A DNA stretch of 64,000 bases from a phage. The stretch lies in the sequence record PZ386969.1; one strand, 5' to 3'. Positions 35,344 to 45,568 of this stretch are shown here, in pieces. The notes beneath the pieces are model-generated. The model made no database searches. It worked only from the letters and a program-made list of their open reading frames with translations, and had not been told where the DNA came from. The translations under genes were made by a program, and so were the position numbers. Each line of letters opens with the position of its first letter. Position 1 is the stretch's first letter.

Positions 35344-35551
35344 TCCCGAGGTGTTCTGCCATGAGTTGTACCATCGCTGTCAGTTGATCTATTTGCGCTG
35401 CCTGCGCTGCAATAGTTCTGTCCTTTTCTTCCTGATTTCGACGAGCGTTCAATGCTGCCAAACCGGCAGCATTGTCTGTGCAGATGATAGCCCCAGGGCA
35501 AGAGCTACTTCTCATCATCGATGCATGCCCTTGTACTTTTACACCACGCAT
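35303..35551 (-). CDS. hypothetical protein (82 aa)
   Basis: ORF in track with ATG; overlaps downstream gene by 41 nt. Confidence 0.35.
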   Translation of the reverse strand: MRGVKVQGHASMMRSSSCPGAIICTDNAAGLAALNARRNQEEKDRTIAAQAAQIDQLTAMVQLMAEHLGIELPSGGQDGNPN

Positions 35552-35600
35552 GATAATATCCTCTGTTAATGGCGGGGCAACCCCGCCTTGTTAATACTAC

Positions 35601-38600
35601 TTATGCCAGAGCAATCAAACGGAAATCTTTGAATGACGGCGGTGCTATGCGGTTGCCTCTGACCAGCAGGCGGATCTTCAGGCCAACGAAAGGATTGGTG
35701 CTGTCTACAGTCTTGTCATACTCATATTCGAAGAATGTAGAACCGTCATTGACCAGAGGGGATGTCGGTGCCACAGTTTCCCATGCCACATTATCCATCT
35801 CCTGGCCTGCGCGCAGCAGTTTAACCTGCACAGTCATTGAAGACTGAGAAGGTAGCATCGCGCCGAAGTATTGCTTCAGAGTGGTGCAAGGGTTATCGAA
35901 TCCGATATCCTTGGTCACATAGCTGAACACATCTTCAAACGGATCCACACCGTAGGTGTTGAAGATGATAGTGAAATCATCACCGTCGATCATTGGAGCC
36001 GTGTAGACATTACTCTCGTTGCGAGTCATGGTTGCACGAACCTGGAAGTCGCCCACCTGACGATAGATACCTTCTGTCTCCAGAGACACGTCCGTGTCGG
36101 ATTCGAACTCAACCCAATCAGAGAATGAGTTGGAGGTCGCATCGCGATAGCGGTATTCCAGTTTCAATACAGATCCTTCTAGGGCTGAATTGGTGACGCT
36201 TGCGTAGAACATGTCTACCAAGTAGTTGCCTAGGAAAGAAGCCGCTTCACCACCAATCTGACCGTCGGAGTCGGCGTTGGAACTCAGAACGAATTTGAAC
36301 GTCGTGAACGTCGCATCAGTCACAGTGTGTTGAGCGTTCAGTTGCTCAGGAGTGAAACCGCAACCACCCGTCAACCCAGACAGAGTAACACTTTCACCCG
36401 CAGTCAGGCCATGCCCCGGAGCGTACACAGTAACAGTTGAAGAACCGTTGACACATTTCACGGTGTTCAGACCCAGAGGGCGGATCTTCGGACCGACTTT
36501 AGCATCGAAGGTCACGATGTTTGAACCAGCGGAGAAGTTACAGCGATACACACGGAACTTCATATCGGCAGTCTGGTTTGGAGTCCAGGTCGTACCATTT
36601 GAAGATGTGAAGAACACGCCAGTGTACGGCTGTTTGGCAATGAACTCGTTGGTCAGCAAGTTCTTCTTACCCATCTCTGCGATGTATGCGTTGTAGTCCT
36701 GAGTGTTGGCCAAGAGAACAATCGCGAACTCAGTCTGCGCCTGCAGATACACAGGATAATCAAACTTGAACATCGTCGGCACAGAAGAGTCTGTGGAGAT
36801 GGAAACTTCTGATGGATTCAGAGTCTTACGAGTGACGACAGTCGTCGCTGGCAGACCATTGCTCATCTCACGGATTTCCAGAGTGATCGGGATATCACGG
36901 GACTTGGTAGAGAAGAACACTTCAATACCTTCGATGTATTCGCCGCCGATATTGGTGGCAACCATGAAGGACTGGGCGATAGGATCTTTCCACTTCGCGA
37001 CTTCAACCGTCTCTGTTTTGTTTTCCGTAGACTTGGTCGCAGTGTATCCCAGGACGCGAGTGTTGACATAAGTCTTCTGGATGCCCTGTTTCTTGCCGAA
37101 GGACTTATGAACAGCCTCGGCATTGGTCAGGGTATCATCAGCAGACTTGCTATCCACAGGACTGTCAGTCAGACGGAAGACGTTGTCGCCCGTGTTAAAC
37201 TTGATAGTCTCGTTCTGAGGAACCGCAAACACACCTTTGATGTTGCCGTTGGCATCAGTGTTCAACGCACCACCCAGTACACCACCGTTTGGGGTACAGT
37301 ACGCGCTCACATCACGTCCAGAGAAGAACGGATACACACGAGTGAACGGACGTAGACCTGTGGCTTCGAAGTTGATATTCGTTTTGCGCATGTATGGGAT
37401 TACCTGCGTTTCAACGATCTGCTCGCCAGTCAGGGTAGTGGTCGTCTTGTCGGTGTACGTGTACGTGGTGACGTCACGGGTAGACACAGTCGTGCGGTAG
37501 CGATAGCCCCACCATACACCACCTGCACCATGCGGTTCCCACACACGCTCAGACACAGACACAGTACGCCATGTGCCATACACAGAACCTTCTTTGATCG
37601 CACCACGGGTGTTGATCGTTTCGTTGATCACACGTGGGGTGACATAGTAGTTCTCAAACCAGTAATCAGTAGTCGGGTTCAGCTTCAAGAAGCCTTCCCA
37701 GTTGAACACCGCATACGGGTTCACGTTGATGGTCGTGGTTGCATAGTCCTGGCGGACAGAGATCTCACGGGTGTAGTTGCATACAACCATGCCATCCTGA
37801 ACGTTGTTCCAACCGACTGGCGTCAGGTCAATCGCGTTCTGCTGAACAAACGGGCGTAGGCGACCATTGTCAGTGTCGATTGAACCCACCCAGTCTGCAG
37901 ACAAATCGTCGATCAGACGGAAGTCTTTGAACGGGTCTGCTGCGATACCGTTCTTGAAGCGCGGGTTACCAGTAATTGGATCGAACACCTGTTGTGACAT
38001 CGCCGAGGATTCCAGCTGAGACAGTGAGGTGTAATATTCGACATTGGAGATACGGGTCTCCAGTTTACCGATATCGCGCATCGTGTAGCGGCGGTTGTCG
38101 ATAGTACGAATCTGGATGTCGTCAATGTTGGCCGTGTATGGTGGGATCATCAATTCATACAGGCGCATGCCGTTGTCTGGGATCGCAGGGGAAGCCAGGT
38201 TGTTGGAACTCACACCACGAGCAACGTTGAACACGCCGTTGTCTGCCAGATACACAGCATCAATACGAGGCAGATAGTACTCTGCATCTAGGATGATCGC
38301 GGTGTTCGGACGAACCATGTCCGTGTCAGACGCTCCGCTGGTGATCTTGGGACGGAAATCCAGACTGTCGGCCAATCCATACACAGTACCAGAACTGGAT
38401 GAAACATAGTTCGGGATGTCTGGGTAGTTGATGGACGAATAGGAGTCCGCTGTGAAGAAATCACCAGAGCTGTGAGCGAAATACTGATACACCACCGTGA
38501 ACGTCCCTGAAATGGCTCCTGTGGACGATATGAGGTTAGAAAGGTAGTATGCCGCATCGCGTTGACCACCGTCCAGAGTGAAGTTCGAGGTGACGTCAGC

Positions 38601-40439
38601 GCCATTTGCGTTCTTCACGCTGATCAGCTTGTAACCATCATGGTTCCCAAGTTGTGCGCTGGCCGCCGCAGTAAACGTCACAGTCTCGGTGGCTTCGGTA
38701 ACAGTCTTGGTCTTGATCGTCGCTGTGGTGCGGACCATCAATGCCAACAGGTTGATAGACTGGTTGGCATACCCCGCACCCAGGGAAATCTGCAGTGCTG
38801 AACCAACCGGAGTACCAGCCAGGGACAGTCCCGAAGAGATATCAAACTGAGCTGCAGTGCCATCTGCCTTCGCTGCGGAGTACAGTGAAAACTCAGGGCT
38901 GAAGCTGTAACCCAGAGGAGCAGAGATTGAGCCTGCACCAGCGGCGTTCAACGTGATCTTGTTTGACCGCAGGACGGTGTAGTTGATGTCGATGGTGCCT
39001 GTAGGTGCTAGAGTCTTCACACCAAATACAGGCAGAGGGAAGATCAGGTCAATTGCTGAACTCTGGCTGAACTGATTGGACTCCAGTTCGCAGGAGAACA
39101 TGGTTGTGCCGCTTTCTTCGTATGCAACTTTGGTAACAGTACCCATGTCCCCAGTCACAACCAGGTCGCGCATATACAGACGGAATTCAGTACCGGAGCG
39201 CTCTGCCGAAATCAGCAGGGCGGTGGCCTGCACATCGCTGGATGCGTTCAGGAACTTGTAGCGGATTGTGCGGGAGACAACCGGAACCCCTTTGGAGTTC
39301 TTGGACACCAGATAGTTGCCAGTCGAAACAGCCACAGGGTTGTTGTTCAGGATATCAGTGTCACGGGCTTTGTCAATTATGACCAGCTCTTCGCCGAGGT
39401 TTTCGATACGACGACCACGAACGTAGGAAATGCCTGGCTTCATAACAGCCACGAATTTGCTTTCATCACCACCTTCAGCCGGAGTGTATACGCCACCGTT
39501 GTTGTTCTGTTTCAGATGTTCGCGTAGGTCGATCTGGTGAGTAGAGACGTTGTAGTCACCATTGGTCTCATAGGTACGCTGAGCCATGGCGTCTTCGAGG
39601 ATGTTGTATGTTGACTGGGTGACCATGGACTGAATGCGACCGTCTTTCACCTTCGCCAGTTCGACGAAGTCGGCCACTTCTTCATCATAACCGTAGCGAG
39701 ACAACACGAGGTCGACGCGCAGGCGATGCGCACCAGGGGCTTTAGAGTTCGGAGTACCCTGAGCATTGGAGAACAGACTTTCATCTTCTGCTTCAGTCAC
39801 GATTGTTTCTGTAACTTTGAAGCCAATGCGGTGAGATGTAGAGTTCGATGCGTTGTCTACGATCAAAGTGGTTGGTTCAACATCCAGGAACATACCACGA
39901 ACGAAATAAACACCCTTTGTCATGCGAGCGACAATCGAACCGCCAACAGTATCGGCCACACCATAGCCGACACGGATGAAGTTATCGTTCACGTCATAGG
40001 TGTTGAAGTATAGATTGTCACCAGCTTCGAAACCGTCTGAACTACCACTCTCAGTCATCTCTAAGATGGCATACATTGTATCCGGCTCAGCTGGATAACG
40101 TTCCAAGGACAGGACGCGTGCTTTCGCATTGTTGTCCTTGCCCAGAACATAGAGTTCGGAGATACCTTCCAGATCAGTGAACTCACTACCGCCAGCCAGA
40201 GTGAACTTCATGGACACAGCAGTGTTGGTGATCGTTAGGCCGCCGGGGATAACCATTGAACCGTCTTTGAACAGATGGTTGCCAAGTTTCTCCAGTTGAT
40301 CCTGGAAGATGGTCTGCATCTGGTTCAGTTCACGCGTCTGAACTTTGATAGGTGCCGGACGGAATAGGATGCGCGAAAAACGCTTCTCTGGATTCCAGTC
40401 ATCCCAATATGGGCGGCGGTTGAGGTTCATTTCTTGCAT
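35601..40439 (-). CDS. giant virion structural protein (1612 aa), function unknown
   Basis: Continuous ORF; start moved from TTG 40487 to ATG MQEMNLN with GGAG RBS; late motif ACTAAATATC upstream; Ser/Thr/Asn/Gly-rich. Confidence 0.7.
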   Translation of the reverse strand: MQEMNLNRRPYWDDWNPEKRFSRILFRPAPIKVQTRELNQMQTIFQDQLEKLGNHLFKDGSMVIPGGLTITNTAVSMKFTLAGGSEFTDLEGISELYVLGKDNNAKARVLSLERYPAEPDTMYAILEMTESGSSDGFEAGDNLYFNTYDVNDNFIRVGYGVADTVGGSIVARMTKGVYFVRGMFLDVEPTTLIVDNASNSTSHRIGFKVTETIVTEAEDESLFSNAQGTPNSKAPGAHRLRVDLVLSRYGYDEEVADFVELAKVKDGRIQSMVTQSTYNILEDAMAQRTYETNGDYNVSTHQIDLREHLKQNNNGGVYTPAEGGDESKFVAVMKPGISYVRGRRIENLGEELVIIDKARDTDILNNNPVAVSTGNYLVSKNSKGVPVVSRTIRYKFLNASSDVQATALLISAERSGTEFRLYMRDLVVTGDMGTVTKVAYEESGTTMFSCELESNQFSQSSAIDLIFPLPVFGVKTLAPTGTIDINYTVLRSNKITLNAAGAGSISAPLGYSFSPEFSLYSAAKADGTAAQFDISSGLSLAGTPVGSALQISLGAGYANQSINLLALMVRTTATIKTKTVTEATETVTFTAAASAQLGNHDGYKLISVKNANGADVTSNFTLDGGQRDAAYYLSNLISSTGAISGTFTVVYQYFAHSSGDFFTADSYSSINYPDIPNYVSSSSGTVYGLADSLDFRPKITSGASDTDMVRPNTAIILDAEYYLPRIDAVYLADNGVFNVARGVSSNNLASPAIPDNGMRLYELMIPPYTANIDDIQIRTIDNRRYTMRDIGKLETRISNVEYYTSLSQLESSAMSQQVFDPITGNPRFKNGIAADPFKDFRLIDDLSADWVGSIDTDNGRLRPFVQQNAIDLTPVGWNNVQDGMVVCNYTREISVRQDYATTTINVNPYAVFNWEGFLKLNPTTDYWFENYYVTPRVINETINTRGAIKEGSVYGTWRTVSVSERVWEPHGAGGVWWGYRYRTTVSTRDVTTYTYTDKTTTTLTGEQIVETQVIPYMRKTNINFEATGLRPFTRVYPFFSGRDVSAYCTPNGGVLGGALNTDANGNIKGVFAVPQNETIKFNTGDNVFRLTDSPVDSKSADDTLTNAEAVHKSFGKKQGIQKTYVNTRVLGYTATKSTENKTETVEVAKWKDPIAQSFMVATNIGGEYIEGIEVFFSTKSRDIPITLEIREMSNGLPATTVVTRKTLNPSEVSISTDSSVPTMFKFDYPVYLQAQTEFAIVLLANTQDYNAYIAEMGKKNLLTNEFIAKQPYTGVFFTSSNGTTWTPNQTADMKFRVYRCNFSAGSNIVTFDAKVGPKIRPLGLNTVKCVNGSSTVTVYAPGHGLTAGESVTLSGLTGGCGFTPEQLNAQHTVTDATFTTFKFVLSSNADSDGQIGGEAASFLGNYLVDMFYASVTNSALEGSVLKLEYRYRDATSNSFSDWVEFESDTDVSLETEGIYRQVGDFQVRATMTRNESNVYTAPMIDGDDFTIIFNTYGVDPFEDVFSYVTKDIGFDNPCTTLKQYFGAMLPSQSSMTVQVKLLRAGQEMDNVAWETVAPTSPLVNDGSTFFEYEYDKTVDSTNPFVGLKIRLLVRGNRIAPPSFKDFRLIALA

Positions 40440-40481
40440 TTTGATGCTCCATCGATAGGTGCCATTATAGAGATATTTAGT

Positions 40482-40492
40482 ATACAACCAAC
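40482..40492 (-). promoter_or_regulatory. late promoter motif ACTAAATATCT upstream of giant structural gene
   Basis: Motif about 45 nt before ATG 40439. Confidence 0.45.
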
Positions 40493-40643
40493 CGAGGAAT
40501 AGAAAGAAATAAGCCCGAAGGGGCTTTGATTATCTTTCTGTGGTTATGGTCATGGATTCGAGACCTCTGCCATTCATGGTAGATGGTATTCAATTAGGTA
40601 TGTTTAATATATCAGGTCAGACTATTACCTTAACTGCTGTATC

Positions 40644-40681
40644 GATTAGGGTAATGCAAACAGTAAACTCTATATAAAAAG
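40644..40681. repeat. 3'-flank repeat shared by tailspike cassettes (copy 1)
   Basis: AGGGTAATGCAAACAGTAAACTCTATATAA aligns with 45503-45535. Confidence 0.55.
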
Positions 40682-40696
40682 TATTATTAATAAGTA

Positions 40697-40727
40697 AAAA
40701 CAACCCCATAGAAGTGGGGTTGTTTTT
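40697..40727 (-). terminator. terminator after tailspike 1
   Basis: Stem CAACCCCA/TGGGGTTG followed by T5. Confidence 0.6.
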
Positions 40728-40740
40728 AAGTGATTATTAC

Positions 40741-42657
40741 TTACATAACAACTGCGGCAGATATGTATCCTGAATCTTGATACGATCCAGAAAGGTCAAA
40801 AACTTCTAAGTTAAAAGAGTCAGGGGATGTACTTACGACATTAATTACTAATTTCCCTCCGCTAGTGGTATTGCCAACACTGCATAAAACAGCATAAGCA
40901 GAGGAGGGCATAGTATTAGATAGGTTGACGGTATATTTACCGGTCCCGGTTTTAGTTACAGTTGCTCCATCCGCATACACTGACGACCCCGAAATTCCAT
41001 TAAAATTGATCATTGCCCGTGTACATGCACTCGACCTTTTTGCGACGGTAGACCCAATAAATGCGTATTCTTGGGCCTTGTTAATATAAATCTTATTAAC
41101 AGAAGTGTCAGGTACTTGTAAGACGTTATCTATAACAACATTACAGGCTGTTGCTCCAGATACGGTAGAGCATCTATCTATCTCATAATTGTCGATATTA
41201 ATAGCCCTTACAAAACCTATACCCCCAAATGCTGACCAGTTTTGTTTAACAAGAACACCGGAAATACCGGACAGGAAAATAAGATCGCCTGTCGTATCTT
41301 TGCTAAACGTGTTGTTGGTTATTGAAACAGAAGAAGAACGCGGTGAGTGACTATCATCTGCAACATATACCCTGGCTAAAGAAGAAGCAGTATTCTCTTC
41401 AAAGTAGTTACCATCTACCAGTAACTGCTGTGCACCCCCGGCGACAACACCTACGTCATAGCCCGTGTTTGCTTCAAATAGAGAGTCTCTGACTATGAAA
41501 TTTCGTACACTACTTGCAGTACCTGAGTCTCCGATAAGAACACCGTTAACACCATCAAAGAAAGTACAATTATCAACTTTAACTACGTTGATATCTACTT
41601 TTGACGTTTTTACACCATTTGCACATTTAGCGAAATAGCATGAAGTTAGCTCAGCCACCCCGGAAAAATAGTCTGGGGCGTCGTAATGTAAATAAACACC
41701 GTACCGGGCGTTTCTGACAACGCAATCTTGAAGTTTTAGGTACCAAGCCCCTCCGAAATCAAAACCATCAGACGATGAGTCCTGAATATCCAAGAAAAGT
41801 CCAGAAATCTTAGCTCCTATCGCACCACCTTGAACCCGAATGGCGGGTGACGCTAACCCGGTAAACTTAATTACTGAACCTGTTGTTTGGTCATTAACAT
41901 GTCCAAAACTATTACCAACAATACATAGACTATCAGTGGCAGTTATGATTAAAGTAGAGCTTATAAGATAAATACCATCCGGTATGTATAAACTCTTTTT
42001 CGAATCTATTGCTGCCTGAAACGCGGCGGTATCATCGGTCACACCGTCGCCAACAGCCCCGAAGTCCTTGACTGACACCAGGTCTTTATTTTTATCATGT
42101 AGTGTTCGCTTAATGGAGTTGGCCAGAGGTGACTTAAATCCGACCAGACCAGCGCCATCATCAGATGCAAGATTGATTCTCAAGGCTGCATCACCAACAC
42201 TAACCCACTTGTCTAACCCAGTACCTCCAGCACTTTCAGGAGTTGAGCCAGAAGAAACGGTTTTAGGTAACTCACCATCCCAGCGATACTTACCTGTTGT
42301 ATGGGTAAGCAATTCATTTTTAACATTAAGTGTAGCACCATTGTCAAACGACCCAGACAATGTAACGTATTCTTCACGAGATACGGCTAATTCCCCAAGA
42401 TCTACGGAACCAGCTGAATGTACAAGTACGGCATTAGTACCAAGACTTACAGCAGTCACCCCCGAACCAATGTCAGCAGGCAAGGAATAGGCACGCTGAG
42501 TAGCCTTATCATAAATTACTTTGTAACCACCTAAGTCTACACCTACAGCAAAGTAGACTACCTCATTCTGTTTAACACCAAACTTACGGGCAATGGCTTG
42601 CTTATTGGTAAGAATACCAGTAGAGCCTTTACCACCTTGTGAGAACATTTCGTTCAT
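40741..42657 (-). CDS. tailspike-like protein 1 (638 aa)
   Basis: Gly/Ser/Thr/Asn-rich repetitive body; N-proximal module shared with the other two spikes; own terminator. Confidence 0.7.
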   Translation of the reverse strand: MNEMFSQGGKGSTGILTNKQAIARKFGVKQNEVVYFAVGVDLGGYKVIYDKATQRAYSLPADIGSGVTAVSLGTNAVLVHSAGSVDLGELAVSREEYVTLSGSFDNGATLNVKNELLTHTTGKYRWDGELPKTVSSGSTPESAGGTGLDKWVSVGDAALRINLASDDGAGLVGFKSPLANSIKRTLHDKNKDLVSVKDFGAVGDGVTDDTAAFQAAIDSKKSLYIPDGIYLISSTLIITATDSLCIVGNSFGHVNDQTTGSVIKFTGLASPAIRVQGGAIGAKISGLFLDIQDSSSDGFDFGGAWYLKLQDCVVRNARYGVYLHYDAPDYFSGVAELTSCYFAKCANGVKTSKVDINVVKVDNCTFFDGVNGVLIGDSGTASSVRNFIVRDSLFEANTGYDVGVVAGGAQQLLVDGNYFEENTASSLARVYVADDSHSPRSSSVSITNNTFSKDTTGDLIFLSGISGVLVKQNWSAFGGIGFVRAINIDNYEIDRCSTVSGATACNVVIDNVLQVPDTSVNKIYINKAQEYAFIGSTVAKRSSACTRAMINFNGISGSSVYADGATVTKTGTGKYTVNLSNTMPSSAYAVLCSVGNTTSGGKLVINVVSTSPDSFNLEVFDLSGSYQDSGYISAAVVM

Positions 42658-42681
42658 AACGACCTCTTTGTTTTTCTAAGA

Positions 42682-42705
42682 AACCCCGCCGAAGCGGGGT
42701 TAGTT
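42682..42705 (-). terminator. terminator after tailspike 2
   Basis: AACCCCGCCGAAGCGGGGTT, same sequence as at 19981 and 27703. Confidence 0.6.
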
Positions 42706-45210
42706 TTACGAGTAAGCACTCTCGAACTTACAAAACCAGGTTGCTCCTTCATCAGTTGTTGACAACCTAAAAACTTGTGTTCCAGCTGCTGTCAAAGATG
42801 GGGTATTGCTTGCTAATTTAACATTTGCACCAAATGTTATTGTTTTAGATGTTGTTGAACAGACAGCCAAAAGAACCTCAACATAACCAATTAGTGTATT
42901 TGTTAATACTGCTGGAGTTATTGTTACATCTCCTGTAACTGTAGCTGCGATGTAAGATGCGTCTGAAAAGTCAGGCGCATAACTTGCTGTTGGCGTCTCG
43001 AACTTTGGATTTCTTACCAATACAGGAACTCCAACATTTTTCCTGAAAATTGTACTATTGCAAACCATATCATACTCTATACCAACAAAATTCTTAGCTG
43101 CAAGTATGTTAGTAAATGTCTGGTCCGCAGAGTAAATATGAGTTATCAGCCTTGCCACCCATGCTGGTGAGTTTGAGTTTTCACACTCAATGAATGAACA
43201 GTTGATACTACCAACGGCGAATGGCATTAGTGATGCCGTATATGAAGATAGCCCTGCGTCATTAAACGCATTCATATTCACAAACGTCTGGCATTGAGAG
43301 AACGTATTACCGGTGGCTCCACCATCAATAAAAAAGCCAATCCCGCCGTTAATATAACCATCTACAGGATCTAAATTAGCTTTCGCGTAGTCCCATTTTG
43401 ATGGAGAATCTGCAAAACATTGATTGAAGGAATTGTTTATTGAGTTCTGTACAACAAAGCAGCATTTCATCCTTGAGTTCTGGTCAGTGACTGTATCGTC
43501 ATACATGCCCCAGTTGTGCACCTTACTAATTCTGTTATTGCCACCACCACGAACCCAGGTACCAAATCGGAAATAACGACCTTCACCCATACTAACCTGA
43601 TGATCGCTACCTTCAACAATGTGGGCTGTGCTGAGTGGATTAGTTGGTTTTAATACACCAACAGCATAAAACTTCAATAGGTGCACACCCATACCGCCAG
43701 CAATATGGATGCCATGACCATCAATATTGGCTACGTAAATGCCATCTAACTTGTTGGCATAACCATCAGATATTTTAAATCCATTAACAGTTTTTGCACG
43801 GGCATCAATTAAAAGATTGCTAATGTGCCCAGCGTATTGATTACCTGTACCTTTATCACACTTTACAGCATAACCAGATGAGTCTGCTATGAAGTCATCT
43901 GTCAGGTATACCCCACCGAAACCAGCATCAATGCTAACATCTCCGTGAATGTGTAGTGTCGTACTGATAGGATATTTCTTCCCATTCAGCCTGATAACTT
44001 TGCTTACAGTGTTAGGTTGTAGCCAGTCAGGATGGTTAGCAGCACTACTTGGTGCATGTTCTAAACCTGTTAAAGCTGCCGCAGCATCAATCGCATCCTG
44101 TAATGATGGATACATATCCGGGTTGACATTTATAATTTTCTTAAGCGCATTGCCAACAGTACCAGTTTCGTAATCAATTGACTTATCAAAACCTGAAAAA
44201 CCTGCTCCTGTAGGTTTAGCCAATTCTGACTTCAATGAAGCATCACCAACACTAACCCATGCACCTGTTCCAACACCACCGGTTGATGTAGTGGTTGAGT
44301 CAGCGGGGACAACTTTAGGTAGTGCACCCTCCCACGTATAGCACTGACCACCAGCGATGTGCCAAACAGCATCCGTTTCACTATTAACTGTTGCACCTTC
44401 TTCAAAGCTACCAGCAACGAGAGATAAACCTGCTTCTGCAAGTAAACGTCTCCACAATTCTCTGGTATTCGACTCTTGATGAGTAGGTAACAAAGTAACA
44501 GTAATATTACCTGGATTGTACGTTAACTGCCCATTACTAACGGATGAGATGTATATGTTAGAGGGTAATGAAGGTAACCCATATGACTTCTGCTCACTAA
44601 CAGAGTAGACAATCTTTTTACCATTCAATAATTGCGTAGTGTCAGTGCTAAGAATTACTTCACTGTCCTTAACGTTAGTTGCACGAGCGATTTCTTGAAT
44701 ACTTCGGTCAAACAACGGACTGATATTCGGTTGTTTAACAGACATTTCAGCGACTACCCAAACGCCTGCAGTCAGCGCAGTTTGTAAAGACACTTTCCCT
44801 GTCGTGCTGTCATAGGAATATTCAATTTCGGGTGTTTTGTACTCACCACCGATATAAAGAGATTGGACTCCATAATATGTGTAATCAGGAGTGAACTCGG
44901 TTTCACCTCCTATAGCCTGAAACTTATAGATTCGAACCCCGGTTTTATAATCTTCTGGAGACAGAATCTTATCAAACAGACAGAACACAACGTCACCTTT
45001 GGATAATGCGCGTCCGAGATTCAACGTATTTCCATCGATTTCAAAGTTGTCTAACGGAACTTGCATGCCACCGTTGATTGTGACTATACCAGTGACAGGG
45101 TAGAAAGGGAGGGAGATAAACTTCTCTCCACCCGTTGCTGTGTAAGTGTATGGAATCTGGTGCGGAGCTGTTACGACCGCTCCAAAGATGCTCTCGACGT
45201 TTCTGGTCAT
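42706..45210 (-). CDS. tailspike-like protein 2 (834 aa)
   Basis: Shared NVKD[ST]EV ... GGVGxGAW.SVGDA module; start moved to ATG MTRNVE after a late-promoter hairpin. Confidence 0.7.
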   Translation of the reverse strand: MTRNVESIFGAVVTAPHQIPYTYTATGGEKFISLPFYPVTGIVTINGGMQVPLDNFEIDGNTLNLGRALSKGDVVFCLFDKILSPEDYKTGVRIYKFQAIGGETEFTPDYTYYGVQSLYIGGEYKTPEIEYSYDSTTGKVSLQTALTAGVWVVAEMSVKQPNISPLFDRSIQEIARATNVKDSEVILSTDTTQLLNGKKIVYSVSEQKSYGLPSLPSNIYISSVSNGQLTYNPGNITVTLLPTHQESNTRELWRRLLAEAGLSLVAGSFEEGATVNSETDAVWHIAGGQCYTWEGALPKVVPADSTTTSTGGVGTGAWVSVGDASLKSELAKPTGAGFSGFDKSIDYETGTVGNALKKIINVNPDMYPSLQDAIDAAAALTGLEHAPSSAANHPDWLQPNTVSKVIRLNGKKYPISTTLHIHGDVSIDAGFGGVYLTDDFIADSSGYAVKCDKGTGNQYAGHISNLLIDARAKTVNGFKISDGYANKLDGIYVANIDGHGIHIAGGMGVHLLKFYAVGVLKPTNPLSTAHIVEGSDHQVSMGEGRYFRFGTWVRGGGNNRISKVHNWGMYDDTVTDQNSRMKCCFVVQNSINNSFNQCFADSPSKWDYAKANLDPVDGYINGGIGFFIDGGATGNTFSQCQTFVNMNAFNDAGLSSYTASLMPFAVGSINCSFIECENSNSPAWVARLITHIYSADQTFTNILAAKNFVGIEYDMVCNSTIFRKNVGVPVLVRNPKFETPTASYAPDFSDASYIAATVTGDVTITPAVLTNTLIGYVEVLLAVCSTTSKTITFGANVKLASNTPSLTAAGTQVFRLSTTDEGATWFCKFESAYS

Positions 45211-45216
45211 TTGAAG

Positions 45217-45253
45217 ATACCCCATAGAGGATTTGCCAATATGGGGTATTTAG
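45217..45253 (-). promoter_or_regulatory. late promoter CTAAATACCCCAT as 5' arm of hairpin; 3' arm ATGGGGTAT 6 nt before ATG 45210
   Basis: Inverted repeat ATACCCCAT / ATGGGGTAT with 15-nt loop. Confidence 0.55.
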
Positions 45254-45290
45254 TCTGAACTAATAAATTTATGAACAAAGGTATAACAAG

Positions 45291-45314
45291 AACCCCGCCA
45301 AAGCGGGGTTTGAC
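45291..45314 (-). terminator. terminator
   Basis: AACCCCGCCAAAGCGGGGTT followed by TG-rich tract. Confidence 0.5.
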
Positions 45315-45318
45315 ACTC

Positions 45319-45474
45319 CTATTCCAGACACATTTCAAAATGTATACCAACATCACCCCACCCATCATAAACAGACGACCCCGATATTCTTGATCCATCT
45401 ATGTTGGCGAAATAAAAATACGCTGACCCATCATTGATATCACCTATAAAGTTCTTATACCCGTTTGATGACAA
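45319..45474 (-). pseudogene. possible remnant of a tailspike C-terminus (51 codons, TTG start only)
   Basis: Frame reads ...ANIDGSRISGSSVYDGWGDVGIHFEMCLE stop, resembling the C-terminal end of spike 1; lies between a 3'-flank repeat and a terminator. Confidence 0.3.
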
Positions 45475-45490
45475 CCCGAGAGAGAGCCAA

Positions 45491-45540
45491 CAGCATTATC
45501 AATCAGGGTAATGAAAACAGTAAACTCTATATAATAAAAG
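45491..45540. repeat. 3'-flank repeat shared by tailspike cassettes (copy 2)
   Basis: AGGGTAATGAAAACAGTAAACTCTATATAA. Confidence 0.55.
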
Positions 45541-45562
45541 CCCCCAAAATTGGGGGCTTTTT
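45536..45562 (-). terminator. terminator after tailspike 3
   Basis: Stem AGCCCCC/GGGGGCT flanked by A/T runs. Confidence 0.6.
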
Positions 45563-45568
45563 ATTATA

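Noticed and set aside
35303-35551. o-spanin (lipoprotein) call for the 82-aa ORF
   Set aside because: No hydrophobic signal peptide and no lipobox before the Cys at residue 18.
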